Shown: positions 1 to 8,468 of the stretch, in pieces
Layout: the number at the start of each line of letters is the position of its first letter
Position numbering within the stretch: the first letter of the stretch is position 1
DNA from: Bacteroidales bacterium
GTDB taxonomy: Bacteria; Bacteroidota; Bacteroidia; Bacteroidales; UBA932
DNA length: 58,382 bases
Direction of reading: 5' to 3'
Assembly (NCBI GenBank): GCA_016290725.1
Contig: JAEEUZ010000001.1
Location: 1 to 58,382 of the forward strand
The notes under the pieces: generated by a model
What the model saw: only the letters and a program-made list of their open reading frames with translations
Databases searched by the model: none
Told to the model about the DNA's origin: nothing
Translations under genes and position numbers: made by a program

Positions 1-1262
1 CAATAAGTATCCCGGAAGGCGGTTCCCGTTACCGAAGGCGGCGTTGAACCTATCCAATAGCAATTAATATTGCCAGAATCTCTGAAAACGTTTCCGCTGA
101 AGCCGGTTACACTGGATGGGAAAACAATCGAGTTTAGTTTTGCTGCTGATCTTAATGCAGAATTACCAAAAGTGGCCAAGCCATCGTTCAGCACTATTGC
201 CTCAAGGCTACTACAGCCTTGGAACGCACTTGAATTGAGCGCAGTTATACCTCCGGGCAGTATAATCTGCTTCAACGAAGTATTGCCTGAGAATCCGACC
301 AGACCTCCGGTAAGGCCGAAGAATACACATTCATCGAAATAGGTGGCGCCACTCAATACAGAAGCATCAAGAGAAGTGATCGCGGCAGCCTGGGCTACGG
401 TAAATGAGTTGCCATAAGCGGTTTTAAGGACAGGGTCCCTGAAAGAAATCACATCGGATCCCTTTTTCAGCGTCGGAGTGTGAATATTCAGGATACTATT
501 CCTATTGAAGTCTGCAGATTTCGTGGTATAAGCCACGCCAATCGTATTGTCGGCATAAGTGAAGAGTAGCCAGAAACCATTGGTGAGCGTACCGGGGAAC
601 AACGCGATAAAATAGTCGGTATCGGTTGCGAAAGTATCAGAACCTGAAGGGGGAAGAAGAGTCACAACGTTAGCGCCGCTCTTGACATCCTGAATAATCG
701 GAACTCCGCTGGAAGACATTTTAATCTGAACTTTGCCCGCAATGTTTTCGTTGTTGGCTCCCTTTATGGTGACGCGCTTGATATTGGCCGCGGGGACCTG
801 GAATTTCAAGTAAGACGGGAAATTCTTGAAATCAAGGGTATTCGTGGTCGTTTTCGCAATGCTGATATTCAATTCGTCCGCGAACGAGCCGGCCTTTGCC
901 CTCTGAATTGCAGGCAGCGTAGTGGTGATATTACCGGATCCGCTTATTACGGCATTGGGATCATACGGATAGAGAGCATACCAAGGGCTTCCATTCTCAA
1001 GATCGACTTCAAATGTTGCGGATTCTCCGCTGTCTGTAGTTTCTACCCGCTCATTGGTGGTTCCGTCAAAGATCGAGATGGCGTCACCGCTCAACCAGTA
1101 AACTTTGTTACCAGCAACAAGTTCAGTCTTGGTTATATCGTTAGTAGCAACGAACACCTTGTGTTCTACTTTTCCTTCTTTTGAATCAATCTGATTCTCA
1201 AGTTTTTCGGTGCATGCGACCATGGCGGCGGCAGCAAGAATAATGCAATAAATCTTTTTCAT
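1..1262 (-). CDS. Surface lipoprotein with fimbrillin-like N-terminus and BspA-type leucine-rich repeats (runs off window edge; missing from ORF track)
   Basis: Manual translation from ATG at 1262: MKKIYCIILAAAAMVAC (lipobox), ITKT, YALYPY, then LRR_5-like SLKQIILPGGITALNSSAFQGCSSLEAIVL; no stop seen before position 1. Confidence 0.8.
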   Translation of the reverse strand, partial: MKKIYCIILAAAAMVACTEKLENQIDSKEGKVEHKVFVATNDITKTELVAGNKVYWLSGDAISIFDGTTNERVETTDSGESATFEVDLENGSPWYALYPYDPNAVISGSGNITTTLPAIQRAKAGSFADELNISIAKTTTNTLDFKNFPSYLKFQVPAANIKRVTIKGANNENIAGKVQIKMSSSGVPIIQDVKSGANVVTLLPPSGSDTFATDTDYFIALFPGTLTNGFWLLFTYADNTIGVAYTTKSADFNRNSILNIHTPTLKKGSDVISFRDPVLKTAYGNSFTVAQAAAITSLDASVLSGATYFDECVFFGLTGGLVGFSGNTSLKQIILPGGITALNSSAFQGCSSLEAIVLNDGLATFGNSALRSAAKLNSIVFPSSVTGFSGNVFRDSGNINCYWIGSTPPSVTGTAFRDTY

Positions 1263-1273
1263 AATTTCTCCTC

Positions 1274-1402
1274 CTACATTTCAAAATCTTCTTCATCCAT
1301 TTGCTCGATGCTGTTGTTTTTCCATTCGCTCGCACACACAAGCGATTCCAGCCTTATGCAGTATTCACTGCAATCTGGGCATTCATAAATCTTTTTTTTC
1401 AT
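1274..1402 (-). CDS. 42-aa peptide with YxxP motif (MKKKIYECPDCSEYCIRLESLVCASEWKNNSIEQMDEEDFEM)
   Basis: Manual translation; ends 11 nt before the lipoprotein ATG; similar to the peptide at 10393. Confidence 0.65.
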   Translation of the reverse strand: MKKKIYECPDCSEYCIRLESLVCASEWKNNSIEQMDEEDFEM

Positions 1403-1433
1403 TGTCTTAATGTTTTGTTATTAGTTATTATAA

Positions 1434-2423
1434 TTATTCATAAATATGTGTTTTTAAAAACTCCACGAACAGGTCCAGACACTCCTTGTTTTTGTCGGAA
1501 CTCCCTGTAAGGCCGTGCCCATACCAAGGATAGATATGACACTCAACCGTCTTCTGCCCGGCCTTTTCAAGGGCATCCGCAAATCTTTCTGCCTGCGAGT
1601 AGTGCACCGAAGCGTCACCTGTACCGTGAAAGAGTTGCACTGCCACCTGCCTGTCCTGCGGAATCAGATACACGGGAGAATAATCCTTTATCCTTTCGGG
1701 CTCCACATCAAAAAAATACTTTCGAACATGGGGTTTCTTCCCGTTTTTCCAGTAATCCAGATGGGGGGCCATGTCATATACTCCCGACCAGCCCGACAGC
1801 ACCTTGGCGCAGGGCTCGGTCATAGCCATCATCGCCGAAAGATGTCCTCCGGCGGAACTGCCGGCGAAAGCCAGGCGGGTAACGTCCAGATTGTATTCCT
1901 TCGCATGATCCGACAGATATTTCACGGCATCGTGAAGGTCCTGCATGGTAACATCTATGTCGACATTATCCTGACCTATCATAGAGTACTCCACGCTTAC
2001 GCCCGCAAACCCGCAATATCGGGCCACATATTTAGCATATTTCACAAAACTCCTGGCATTCCCGGCCGACCAGCCTCCGCCATGAATGAAAATCACAACG
2101 GGTACAGGACTCTCCGCTTTCTCCGCTGGAGCTATGAACATATTGAGTTCCCTGTCAGGATAGGCTTTGTAAAAAACCTCTTCGCACCGCACTTCCTTGA
2201 TGATGGACGAGGGGATGACAGGTTTCCTATCATAAGGCTCATATAAGCCCTCCGGCTCCGCACCGTCAAGGACACTCAGCGTCTTTGAATCCAGCGTATA
2301 GCTCCCATCTTCCTGCGGATCAAGCCTCATGGAATAGCGATTTATGATACGCTGATTCTGGGCGCCCAATCCAAAGGAGGGGGCCAAAAGCAAGGCAAGA
2401 CATATCAGGATAGCTCTTTTCAT
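1434..2423 (-). CDS. Secreted alpha/beta-hydrolase (carbohydrate esterase/lipase, HSL-like)
   Basis: Signal peptide, HGGGW oxyanion motif, GSSAG nucleophile, HGTGD and C-terminal GH. Confidence 0.85.
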   Translation of the reverse strand: MKRAILICLALLLAPSFGLGAQNQRIINRYSMRLDPQEDGSYTLDSKTLSVLDGAEPEGLYEPYDRKPVIPSSIIKEVRCEEVFYKAYPDRELNMFIAPAEKAESPVPVVIFIHGGGWSAGNARSFVKYAKYVARYCGFAGVSVEYSMIGQDNVDIDVTMQDLHDAVKYLSDHAKEYNLDVTRLAFAGSSAGGHLSAMMAMTEPCAKVLSGWSGVYDMAPHLDYWKNGKKPHVRKYFFDVEPERIKDYSPVYLIPQDRQVAVQLFHGTGDASVHYSQAERFADALEKAGQKTVECHIYPWYGHGLTGSSDKNKECLDLFVEFLKTHIYE

Positions 2424-2445
2424 ATCGGGAGCTCTTCAATTAAGC

Positions 2446-2853
2446 TTACGCGCAACCAACAGTAATTAGAAGATTCGCGAACGTACGCTTCTCGCCGGTG
2501 GCGATTGCCAGACGGAGCGAAGGCTTGCTGCATTCATCGTAGAACTCGAACCTGCCAAGGCGGCGGAGTTCCAGGCCTTCCAGCATGGAGTCGAATTCCG
2601 CGAAGATGTCGGGATCGGGCCCCTCGGAAGGTTGCATCACGGTAGCCTCTTCAACGTTGATAATAGACTGGAGGGCGTCCAGGACGTCCGTAACCGTGGG
2701 CAGGCCTGGGCTCAGGGAGACCCAGATCTTTTCGGCATCGGCCGTCTTGCTTGCAAGAGGATAATTACCGTCGGCGATAAGAATCCTGTCGCCGTGCCCC
2801 AGACGGCTCACAGCCGCCAGGATCACCGGATTGATACATTTACCTTTATTCAT
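2446..2853 (-). CDS. RbsD/FucU family sugar mutarotase/pyranase
   Basis: LGHGDRILIADGNYP, RFEFYD and IATGE motifs. Confidence 0.9.
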   Translation of the reverse strand: MNKGKCINPVILAAVSRLGHGDRILIADGNYPLASKTADAEKIWVSLSPGLPTVTDVLDALQSIINVEEATVMQPSEGPDPDIFAEFDSMLEGLELRRLGRFEFYDECSKPSLRLAIATGEKRTFANLLITVGCA

Positions 2854-2864
2854 ATTACCGTTGT

Positions 2865-3479
2865 TTATTTTTCATTCTCTCGTAATTCTCCCAACTTTCC
2901 ACCGGGATGGCACCGGACATACTTTTCCGGATTCCAGTCCTTCTCCACCTGGAGCATTACGCTCAGGGCTTCGAGGATGAGCATTTCCGCATTCACGGAA
3001 TTGCGCGGGGCCCTGTTCAGCGGGCCTCCTTCTTCAGCGACACCGGCAAGGAGCACAACTTCGGAATGCTTTGCCAGCCAGCTCTCCGGATTGCCGGTAA
3101 CACCAATTACCTTGCAGCCGTTCATATGCACGGCATTTACAGTGGCCTTGAGTTCGGACGTCTCGCCGGAATTGGAGATGGCTATCACCACGTCGCCCGC
3201 CACCAGCTGGCCGCAGGAGCCGTGAACAGCCTCAGTGCCGTGAAGGAAGGTGGCAGGATTTCCGGTCGACGACAGGAGCGATGCCGCGAATGCCGCCACG
3301 TGGCCGGGCTTGCCGATGCCGGTGACGTGCAACCTGCCGCCCGCGGCCTGCGAGGCGAGGATGAGTTCAGCGGCCTCGCTGCATGAGGCGAGGTCAATGC
3401 CGTCAATGTAAGAGCTGAAACTCTTCTTGGCCGAGGTGAGGAACAGTTCGACCGCCTTTATGCTTTTTTGCTGTATCAT
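2865..3479 (-). CDS. SIS-domain sugar-phosphate isomerase, KdsD/KpsF/GutQ-like, without CBS domains
   Basis: TGIGKPG, HGTEAVHG, ISNSGET, PLNRAP, HPGGKLG; start re-called at MIQQK (3479), overlapping the kinase stop. Confidence 0.85.
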   Translation of the reverse strand: MIQQKSIKAVELFLTSAKKSFSSYIDGIDLASCSEAAELILASQAAGGRLHVTGIGKPGHVAAFAASLLSSTGNPATFLHGTEAVHGSCGQLVAGDVVIAISNSGETSELKATVNAVHMNGCKVIGVTGNPESWLAKHSEVVLLAGVAEEGGPLNRAPRNSVNAEMLILEALSVMLQVEKDWNPEKYVRCHPGGKLGELRENEK

Positions 3480-4438
3480 ATCTTTGCCCCCCTTTCTTTC
3501 ATCAGAGCCTCCACCTTGTCCATCGAGGGCAGAGAAGGAATGGCGCCGAAACCGCAAACGGTAATGGCGGCCGTATGGACGGCGAGCACGAGCGCGTCTT
3601 CAATCGACAGCCCTCCGGCATAACCGACGCAGAACGCTCCCACAAAGGAGTCGCCCGCAGCCGTGGGGTCGACCACGTTTGTCATCTTCACGCACGGAAC
3701 CAGTTTGATGCCATCCGGCGTGCAGTGGGCCGCACCCCTGTCGCCCAGGGTGATTATCACATTCTCCACGCCTTTACCCATGAGCACCTTCGCGGCCTCC
3801 TTGAGGGCTTCGTCGGTAAGACGCCCTTCGGCATCCGTCTTCACGCCCGTGAGCATGGCCGCCTCCGTTTCGTTGGGGGTGAGGAAGGTGACGCAACGCA
3901 GGAGTCCTTCAGACAGCGGAGCCGCCGGAGCAGGATTCAGCATTACCGGCACGCCGGTGTCGTGTGCGATGTGGGCCACGTATTCGGTGACCTCCATCTT
4001 GAGCTCAAGCTGCATAACCACCAGGTCGTAGGCCTTGATGCCGTCCTTTAGCCAGGCAAGGTCCCCCGGAGCAAGGTCGTAGTTGGCGCCGGGATAAACG
4101 ATGATGCGGTTCTGCACCCCCGATGCGCCGTTCTGGATTTGGATATGACCTATTGCCGATGGGTGTTCTGCGCTTATCTTCACGTGGCTGGTATCCGCCC
4201 CGGAAGATTTGAGCGCTTCAAGCAGCTCCTTTCCGAAGGAATCGTTGCCCACGCAGCCGACCATATCCACGCTTGCGCCAAGCCTTGCGGCCTGAACAGC
4301 CTGGTTGGCGCCTTTCCCGCCGGGAGCCGTGCGGAAACCGTTGCCGATGACCGTTTCTCCAAGATTGGGGACCCTTTCTGCCAGGGCCACCAGATCCATC
4401 ACGAAACTGCCTACTACAAGTATCTTTGGTTTATTCAT
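3476..4438 (-). CDS. rbsK: Ribokinase-family (PfkB) pentose kinase
   Basis: GGKGANQAVQAARLG, NPAPA, PNETEA, DPTAAGDSF. Confidence 0.85.
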   Translation of the reverse strand: MNKPKILVVGSFVMDLVALAERVPNLGETVIGNGFRTAPGGKGANQAVQAARLGASVDMVGCVGNDSFGKELLEALKSSGADTSHVKISAEHPSAIGHIQIQNGASGVQNRIIVYPGANYDLAPGDLAWLKDGIKAYDLVVMQLELKMEVTEYVAHIAHDTGVPVMLNPAPAAPLSEGLLRCVTFLTPNETEAAMLTGVKTDAEGRLTDEALKEAAKVLMGKGVENVIITLGDRGAAHCTPDGIKLVPCVKMTNVVDPTAAGDSFVGAFCVGYAGGLSIEDALVLAVHTAAITVCGFGAIPSLPSMDKVEALMKERGAKI

Positions 4439-5891
4439 GTTCCACTTTTTTGCTTATCGTGGTTATTATGAGTCCGACGAGGAAGATTGTAGTCGTGCCG
4501 AACACTATGGTTAGATATGTATGGATGGGGCTCTTGAACACCGGCAGGCTCATCCATGCTATTACGCACAGGCCAAGGGCCACGCCCAGTATCGCCCCGA
4601 CGCGATTCGGATTCTTATGCACCAGCGCCAGGAGGAACAGGCCCAGCATGCCGCCGCTGAAGATGGACGAAAGTTTCCACCATGCGTCCAGCACGCCGTT
4701 TATGCTCATCATGGCCAGGCCGATGAGGATGCCCGCGACTCCAACCACTGCAGAAGCGGTGTATAGCACGGTCATATGCGCCTTCTTCTCATCGGCAATC
4801 GGCTTGCGGCGGATCTTCTTGTAGAAGTCCGTGAAGACGATGGTGGCTGATGAGTTGATGCTGGTGGCCACCGTGCTCATGCCGGCGGAGAAGAGGGATG
4901 CGATCACAAGGCCGGTGAGGCCGGTGGGCAGGCCGTGCACGATGAAGTACGGGAACACCTTGTCGCCGGCCGTTCCTGCGGGCAACAGGTCCGGCTGGGC
5001 GGTGTAGTAGGAATAGAGCGCAGTGCCGATGTACACGAACACCAGTGACACCGGGATGTAGAGCAGGCCTCCGAATAGCGTGGCCTTTACCGCTTCTCCA
5101 GTGCTCTTGGCGGTCATATAGCGCTGTACGTAGTTCTGGTCGATGCCGTAATTCTGCAGGTTTATGAAGATGCCGTATATGAGCACAACCCAAACCGTGG
5201 GTTCGCGAAGCGTTGCGCTGAGGCTGCCCAGGCTGAACTTCCCGTCGGCCGCGGCGATGCTGAACAACTGACCCGGGCCTTCGGGCATACCGAAGGTGAG
5301 TATGAGCGCACATATCACCGCTCCGGCGATAAGGATGAGACCCTGGATCGCATCGGTCCACACAACCGCGGAAATGCCACCCAGCACCGCGTAGATAAGT
5401 GTGAGTGCTCCGGTCACTATGATTATGGTGCCGATGTCCCAGCCGAACATGGTATTGATGGGAATGGCGAGCAGCAGGAGAATGGAGCCCACGCGGCAAA
5501 CCTGGGTGAGCAGGTAGCAGATGGCCACATAGCCGCGCGCCCAGTAGCCGTAGCGGTCTTCCAGGAACTGGTAGGCCGATACGCTGCCGATGCCGCGATA
5601 GAGCGGAATGAATATCTTTGCCGCCAGCCACGTGGCGATGGGGATGGTGAAACTGAAGATGAGCTGGTTCCAGTTGCCGGCGTAGGAGCCTCCGGGGAGG
5701 CCGAGGAATGAGATGCTGCTCACAAAGGTGGCGAAGATGGACATGCCCACCACCCAGGTGGGGATGGCACCTTCGGCCTTGGTAAAGGCATCCGTACCCT
5801 TGCTGCTCTTCTTTACGAAACTGCAGCCGAACAGGGCGACTCCTCCTACGAAGACAAAGAACACCAGGTAGTCTATCCAGGTAATCTCCAT
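4431..5891 (-). CDS. Sodium:solute symporter (SSS family)
   Basis: Many TM segments; MSIFATFVSSISFLG, GGISAVVWTDAIQ, DQNYVQRY. Confidence 0.92.
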   Translation of the reverse strand: MEITWIDYLVFFVFVGGVALFGCSFVKKSSKGTDAFTKAEGAIPTWVVGMSIFATFVSSISFLGLPGGSYAGNWNQLIFSFTIPIATWLAAKIFIPLYRGIGSVSAYQFLEDRYGYWARGYVAICYLLTQVCRVGSILLLLAIPINTMFGWDIGTIIIVTGALTLIYAVLGGISAVVWTDAIQGLILIAGAVICALILTFGMPEGPGQLFSIAAADGKFSLGSLSATLREPTVWVVLIYGIFINLQNYGIDQNYVQRYMTAKSTGEAVKATLFGGLLYIPVSLVFVYIGTALYSYYTAQPDLLPAGTAGDKVFPYFIVHGLPTGLTGLVIASLFSAGMSTVATSINSSATIVFTDFYKKIRRKPIADEKKAHMTVLYTASAVVGVAGILIGLAMMSINGVLDAWWKLSSIFSGGMLGLFLLALVHKNPNRVGAILGVALGLCVIAWMSLPVFKSPIHTYLTIVFGTTTIFLVGLIITTISKKVEHE

Positions 5892-6796
5892 TATCTGTAG
5901 TCTTTAAGGGTTTCAAGGATGGCGGCCACCTTTGCCTTCATCTCCGGGCCGAAGGCGGTATACGGCAGGGGCATGAAGCCCGAGCAGATGCCCTTCACCT
6001 CGAGGGCGCACTTGATGGCCTTCACAAAGCTGGCGTCACTGCCGGGCTCCAGGCCGTAGAGGCTGTCAGAGAGGAACATGATTCGCTTCTGAAGCCTGCG
6101 GGTCTCTTCCAAATCGCCCGCGGCGGCAGCCTTGTACGTCTTCACGAAGAGTTCCGGGAAAAGGTTCGCGCCGCCGCTCACACCTCCGTCGGCTCCGGAC
6201 AGCACGGCTGCAGCCATCTGCTCTTCCGGACCCATGTAAAGGGCGAAATCGGTGCCGCCGAAATGGAACAGCAGGCTCTGGAAGTAGCTCTGGTTGCCGG
6301 AGGAATCCTTGCAACCTACGATATTGGGGTGCTTGGAGAGCTCCACCACCGTGCCCACGTTTATGAAGGTTTTGACTTTGGACGGCATATTGTAGAGGAA
6401 TACCGGGAGAGGGCACCTGTCGGCAAGGGCCTTGTACCACGCAATCTGTTCCGCCTGATTGGCAGGGAAATAATACGGGGCGGCTGCAACCACTCCTGCG
6501 GCGCCGCACTTCTTAGCGTGTTCCGCGAGGGCAAGGCTGTCTTCCAGAGATGTCTCTGTCACGCCCACCAGCACCGGCACCCGGCCGGCGACATGCCGGG
6601 TAACGAGTTCCACATAATCGAAACGGAGCTTCATCGGAAGGCTCTGGCTCTCGCCTGTGGTACCGAGCACGAATATGCCTGCCACTCCGGCTTCGATCAT
6701 GCGGTCGGCAATACGATTTGCTCCCGCCTCGTCGATATGGGTCGCATCCAGCAGAGGAGTGATCATCGGCGGTATTATTCCCTGAATCTTTTTCAT
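5891..6796 (-). CDS. DHDPS/N-acetylneuraminate lyase family pyruvate-dependent aldolase
   Basis: GIIPPMITP, LGTTGE, LYNMP (Tyr), GCKDSSG (Schiff-base Lys). Confidence 0.9.
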   Translation of the reverse strand: MKKIQGIIPPMITPLLDATHIDEAGANRIADRMIEAGVAGIFVLGTTGESQSLPMKLRFDYVELVTRHVAGRVPVLVGVTETSLEDSLALAEHAKKCGAAGVVAAAPYYFPANQAEQIAWYKALADRCPLPVFLYNMPSKVKTFINVGTVVELSKHPNIVGCKDSSGNQSYFQSLLFHFGGTDFALYMGPEEQMAAAVLSGADGGVSGGANLFPELFVKTYKAAAAGDLEETRRLQKRIMFLSDSLYGLEPGSDASFVKAIKCALEVKGICSGFMPLPYTAFGPEMKAKVAAILETLKDYR

Positions 6797-6804
6797 ATTA
6801 TATA

Positions 6805-6892
6805 ATATGTAGTTAAATCGTTATAATTCCAAGTTGTGTTTTAAATTATATATATGTAGTTAAATCGTTATAATTCCAAGTTGTGTTTTAAA
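6805..6892. repeat. Tandem duplication of a 41-bp unit (period 47) upstream of the aldolase gene
   Basis: atatgtagttaaatcgttataattccaagttgtgttttaaa at 6805-6845 and 6852-6892. Confidence 0.95.
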
Positions 6893-6910
6893 CAGGATCG
6901 ACCAGGCGTT

Positions 6911-7921
6911 TTATTCAATTATTTCCGGGGATAGGACTATCTGCTCCCTCAAAGGCTTCTTGTGGGGGCTTGAGTTAATGTGGGCCATAATGGCTTCCAT
7001 AGCTTTGCTGGCGAAAGAATCGACCGGCTGGCTTACGTAGATGATGCCTGACCCGTAGATGTCGAAAAGGGGGTTGCGGTCGAAGCAGGCCGCCTTGAAG
7101 TCTTTCGGGATGCTGAGCCCGCATTTGTAGATTTCCGATATCACCATGACGGCGAGGGTATTGGTGGCCATCATGAATGCATCCACTCCTCTTTCGCGAG
7201 CCGAAGACAGGTAGGCCGACACGTTTCCGTACTCGTTGTGGGCGAAACGCTCAATGTGAATACTGTCCGACAGGCCGGCAGCCTTCATGGCGTCGACGTA
7301 GCCCTGCTCTCGGTCGCGGGTGTTGGAAATGCTCATCGAATAAGATACCATATCGATGTTCTTTGCCCCCTTGTCGATCAGCATACGGGTGATCGTGCGG
7401 GCAGCCTCGCGGTTGTCCAGCACCACGCTGCTCACGTCCAGCCCGGGCACCTGGCGGTCCAGAAGAACCACATTTATGCCAGCCCCGACGGTTTCGCGGA
7501 TAATGCCGTCAGCCCCGTCGCAGGGAACCAGGATGAGCCCGTCCACGCCTTTGTTCAGCAGCAGTTCCACGACACGGCGGAACTTGTCCGGATTCTCATC
7601 AGAACTGCCGAAGATTACATTATAATTATAGGCGTAGGCCTGGTCCTCCATGAAGCGTGCGATTTCCGCAAAGAAAGGATTGGCGATATCCGAGAGCACA
7701 ACCCCTATCGTATTGGTGCGGCCCGAGCGCAGTGCACGGGCCGATGTATTGGGCTTGTAATTGAGTCTGTCGGCAACCGCCAATACCCGCCTGGATGTCT
7801 CCTGGCCCACCCGGTAAATGTTCTTGCCGGAGGCGTAGTTGCTCATCACGAAGGATACCAAGGCCGTGGACACCCCGGCCTCGCGTGCTATGTCTTTAAT
7901 GGTTACCGCTCTAGTGCCCAT
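6911..7921 (-). CDS. LacI family transcriptional regulator
   Basis: TIKDIAREAGVSTALVS HTH, YKPN..ARAL, NPFF sugar-binding domain. Confidence 0.93.
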   Translation of the reverse strand: MGTRAVTIKDIAREAGVSTALVSFVMSNYASGKNIYRVGQETSRRVLAVADRLNYKPNTSARALRSGRTNTIGVVLSDIANPFFAEIARFMEDQAYAYNYNVIFGSSDENPDKFRRVVELLLNKGVDGLILVPCDGADGIIRETVGAGINVVLLDRQVPGLDVSSVVLDNREAARTITRMLIDKGAKNIDMVSYSMSISNTRDREQGYVDAMKAAGLSDSIHIERFAHNEYGNVSAYLSSARERGVDAFMMATNTLAVMVISEIYKCGLSIPKDFKAACFDRNPLFDIYGSGIIYVSQPVDSFASKAMEAIMAHINSSPHKKPLREQIVLSPEIIE

Positions 7922-7944
7922 ATCTGTGCGCGCTTATTACACGG

Positions 7945-7966
7945 CAAATATAGCTAAAACGATTTA
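7945..7966 (-). promoter_or_regulatory. lacI -7 box (TATATTTG) with adjacent candidate LacI operator TAAAACGATTTA
   Basis: Match to the Bacteroidetes TAnnTTTG -7 consensus; CG-centred quasi-palindrome also present at 6814-6825 and 6861-6872. Confidence 0.55.
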
Positions 7967-8160
7967 ATAATCCAAATAATTCTGAAAATTCTGGTTGTAT
8001 TGAGTATCTCTGAAAAAAAAGCATCGCAGGGAAGCGATTCTTTTTCGTGCCCCTAACCGTGATATTCTCGAACCTTTTGTTGGAGGGGATTGAGCGGTTG
8101 TGGTCAATGCACGAAATACTGCCTGAACCATCTAAATCGCATATTTCAAATGAGTAGTTG

Positions 8161-8182
8161 CCACCCTGCGGGGTGGTTTTTT
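8161..8182 (+). terminator. Intrinsic terminator-like hairpin
   Basis: ccaccc-tgcg-gggtgg followed by T6. Confidence 0.55.
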
Positions 8183-8377
8183 CGTGGCTGAAATGCCCCG
8201 ATTTAGTATTATCGAGCACTTGTATCCTTATTTGTGGAAAACCATTAAAACACCACAAGATGGACACAAGAGTTCACCTTCGGGTGCTGTTTTTTTGTTG
8301 GTTTAATCAGCAAGATTTACACGACCATCATTTTCGGACAAGACACAATAGAGCGCACTGCAAGGCCGATTCCAATT

Positions 8378-8425
8378 CGTATAGCGGGCTAAAAGCATCG
8401 AATTTTGATGTTTTTAGCCCATTAT
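8378..8425. repeat. Palindromic element, left copy flanking the ATPase gene
   Basis: cgtatagcgggctaaaa...tttttagccc; related to 9881-9931. Confidence 0.75.
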
Positions 8426-8468
8426 CCGATATATTTCAGTATATTTGCATCAAGTAAAGTTCGTCTAT

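Noticed and set aside
1274-1402. Lasso peptide or ranthipeptide biosynthetic cluster
   Set aside because: No cyclase, peptidase, RRE or radical SAM genes adjacent; only the YxxP resemblance, kept as a finding
5891-6796. dapA or nanA assignment
   Set aside because: Catabolic context argues against dapA; no nanE/nagA/nagB partners for sialic acid; family-level call only
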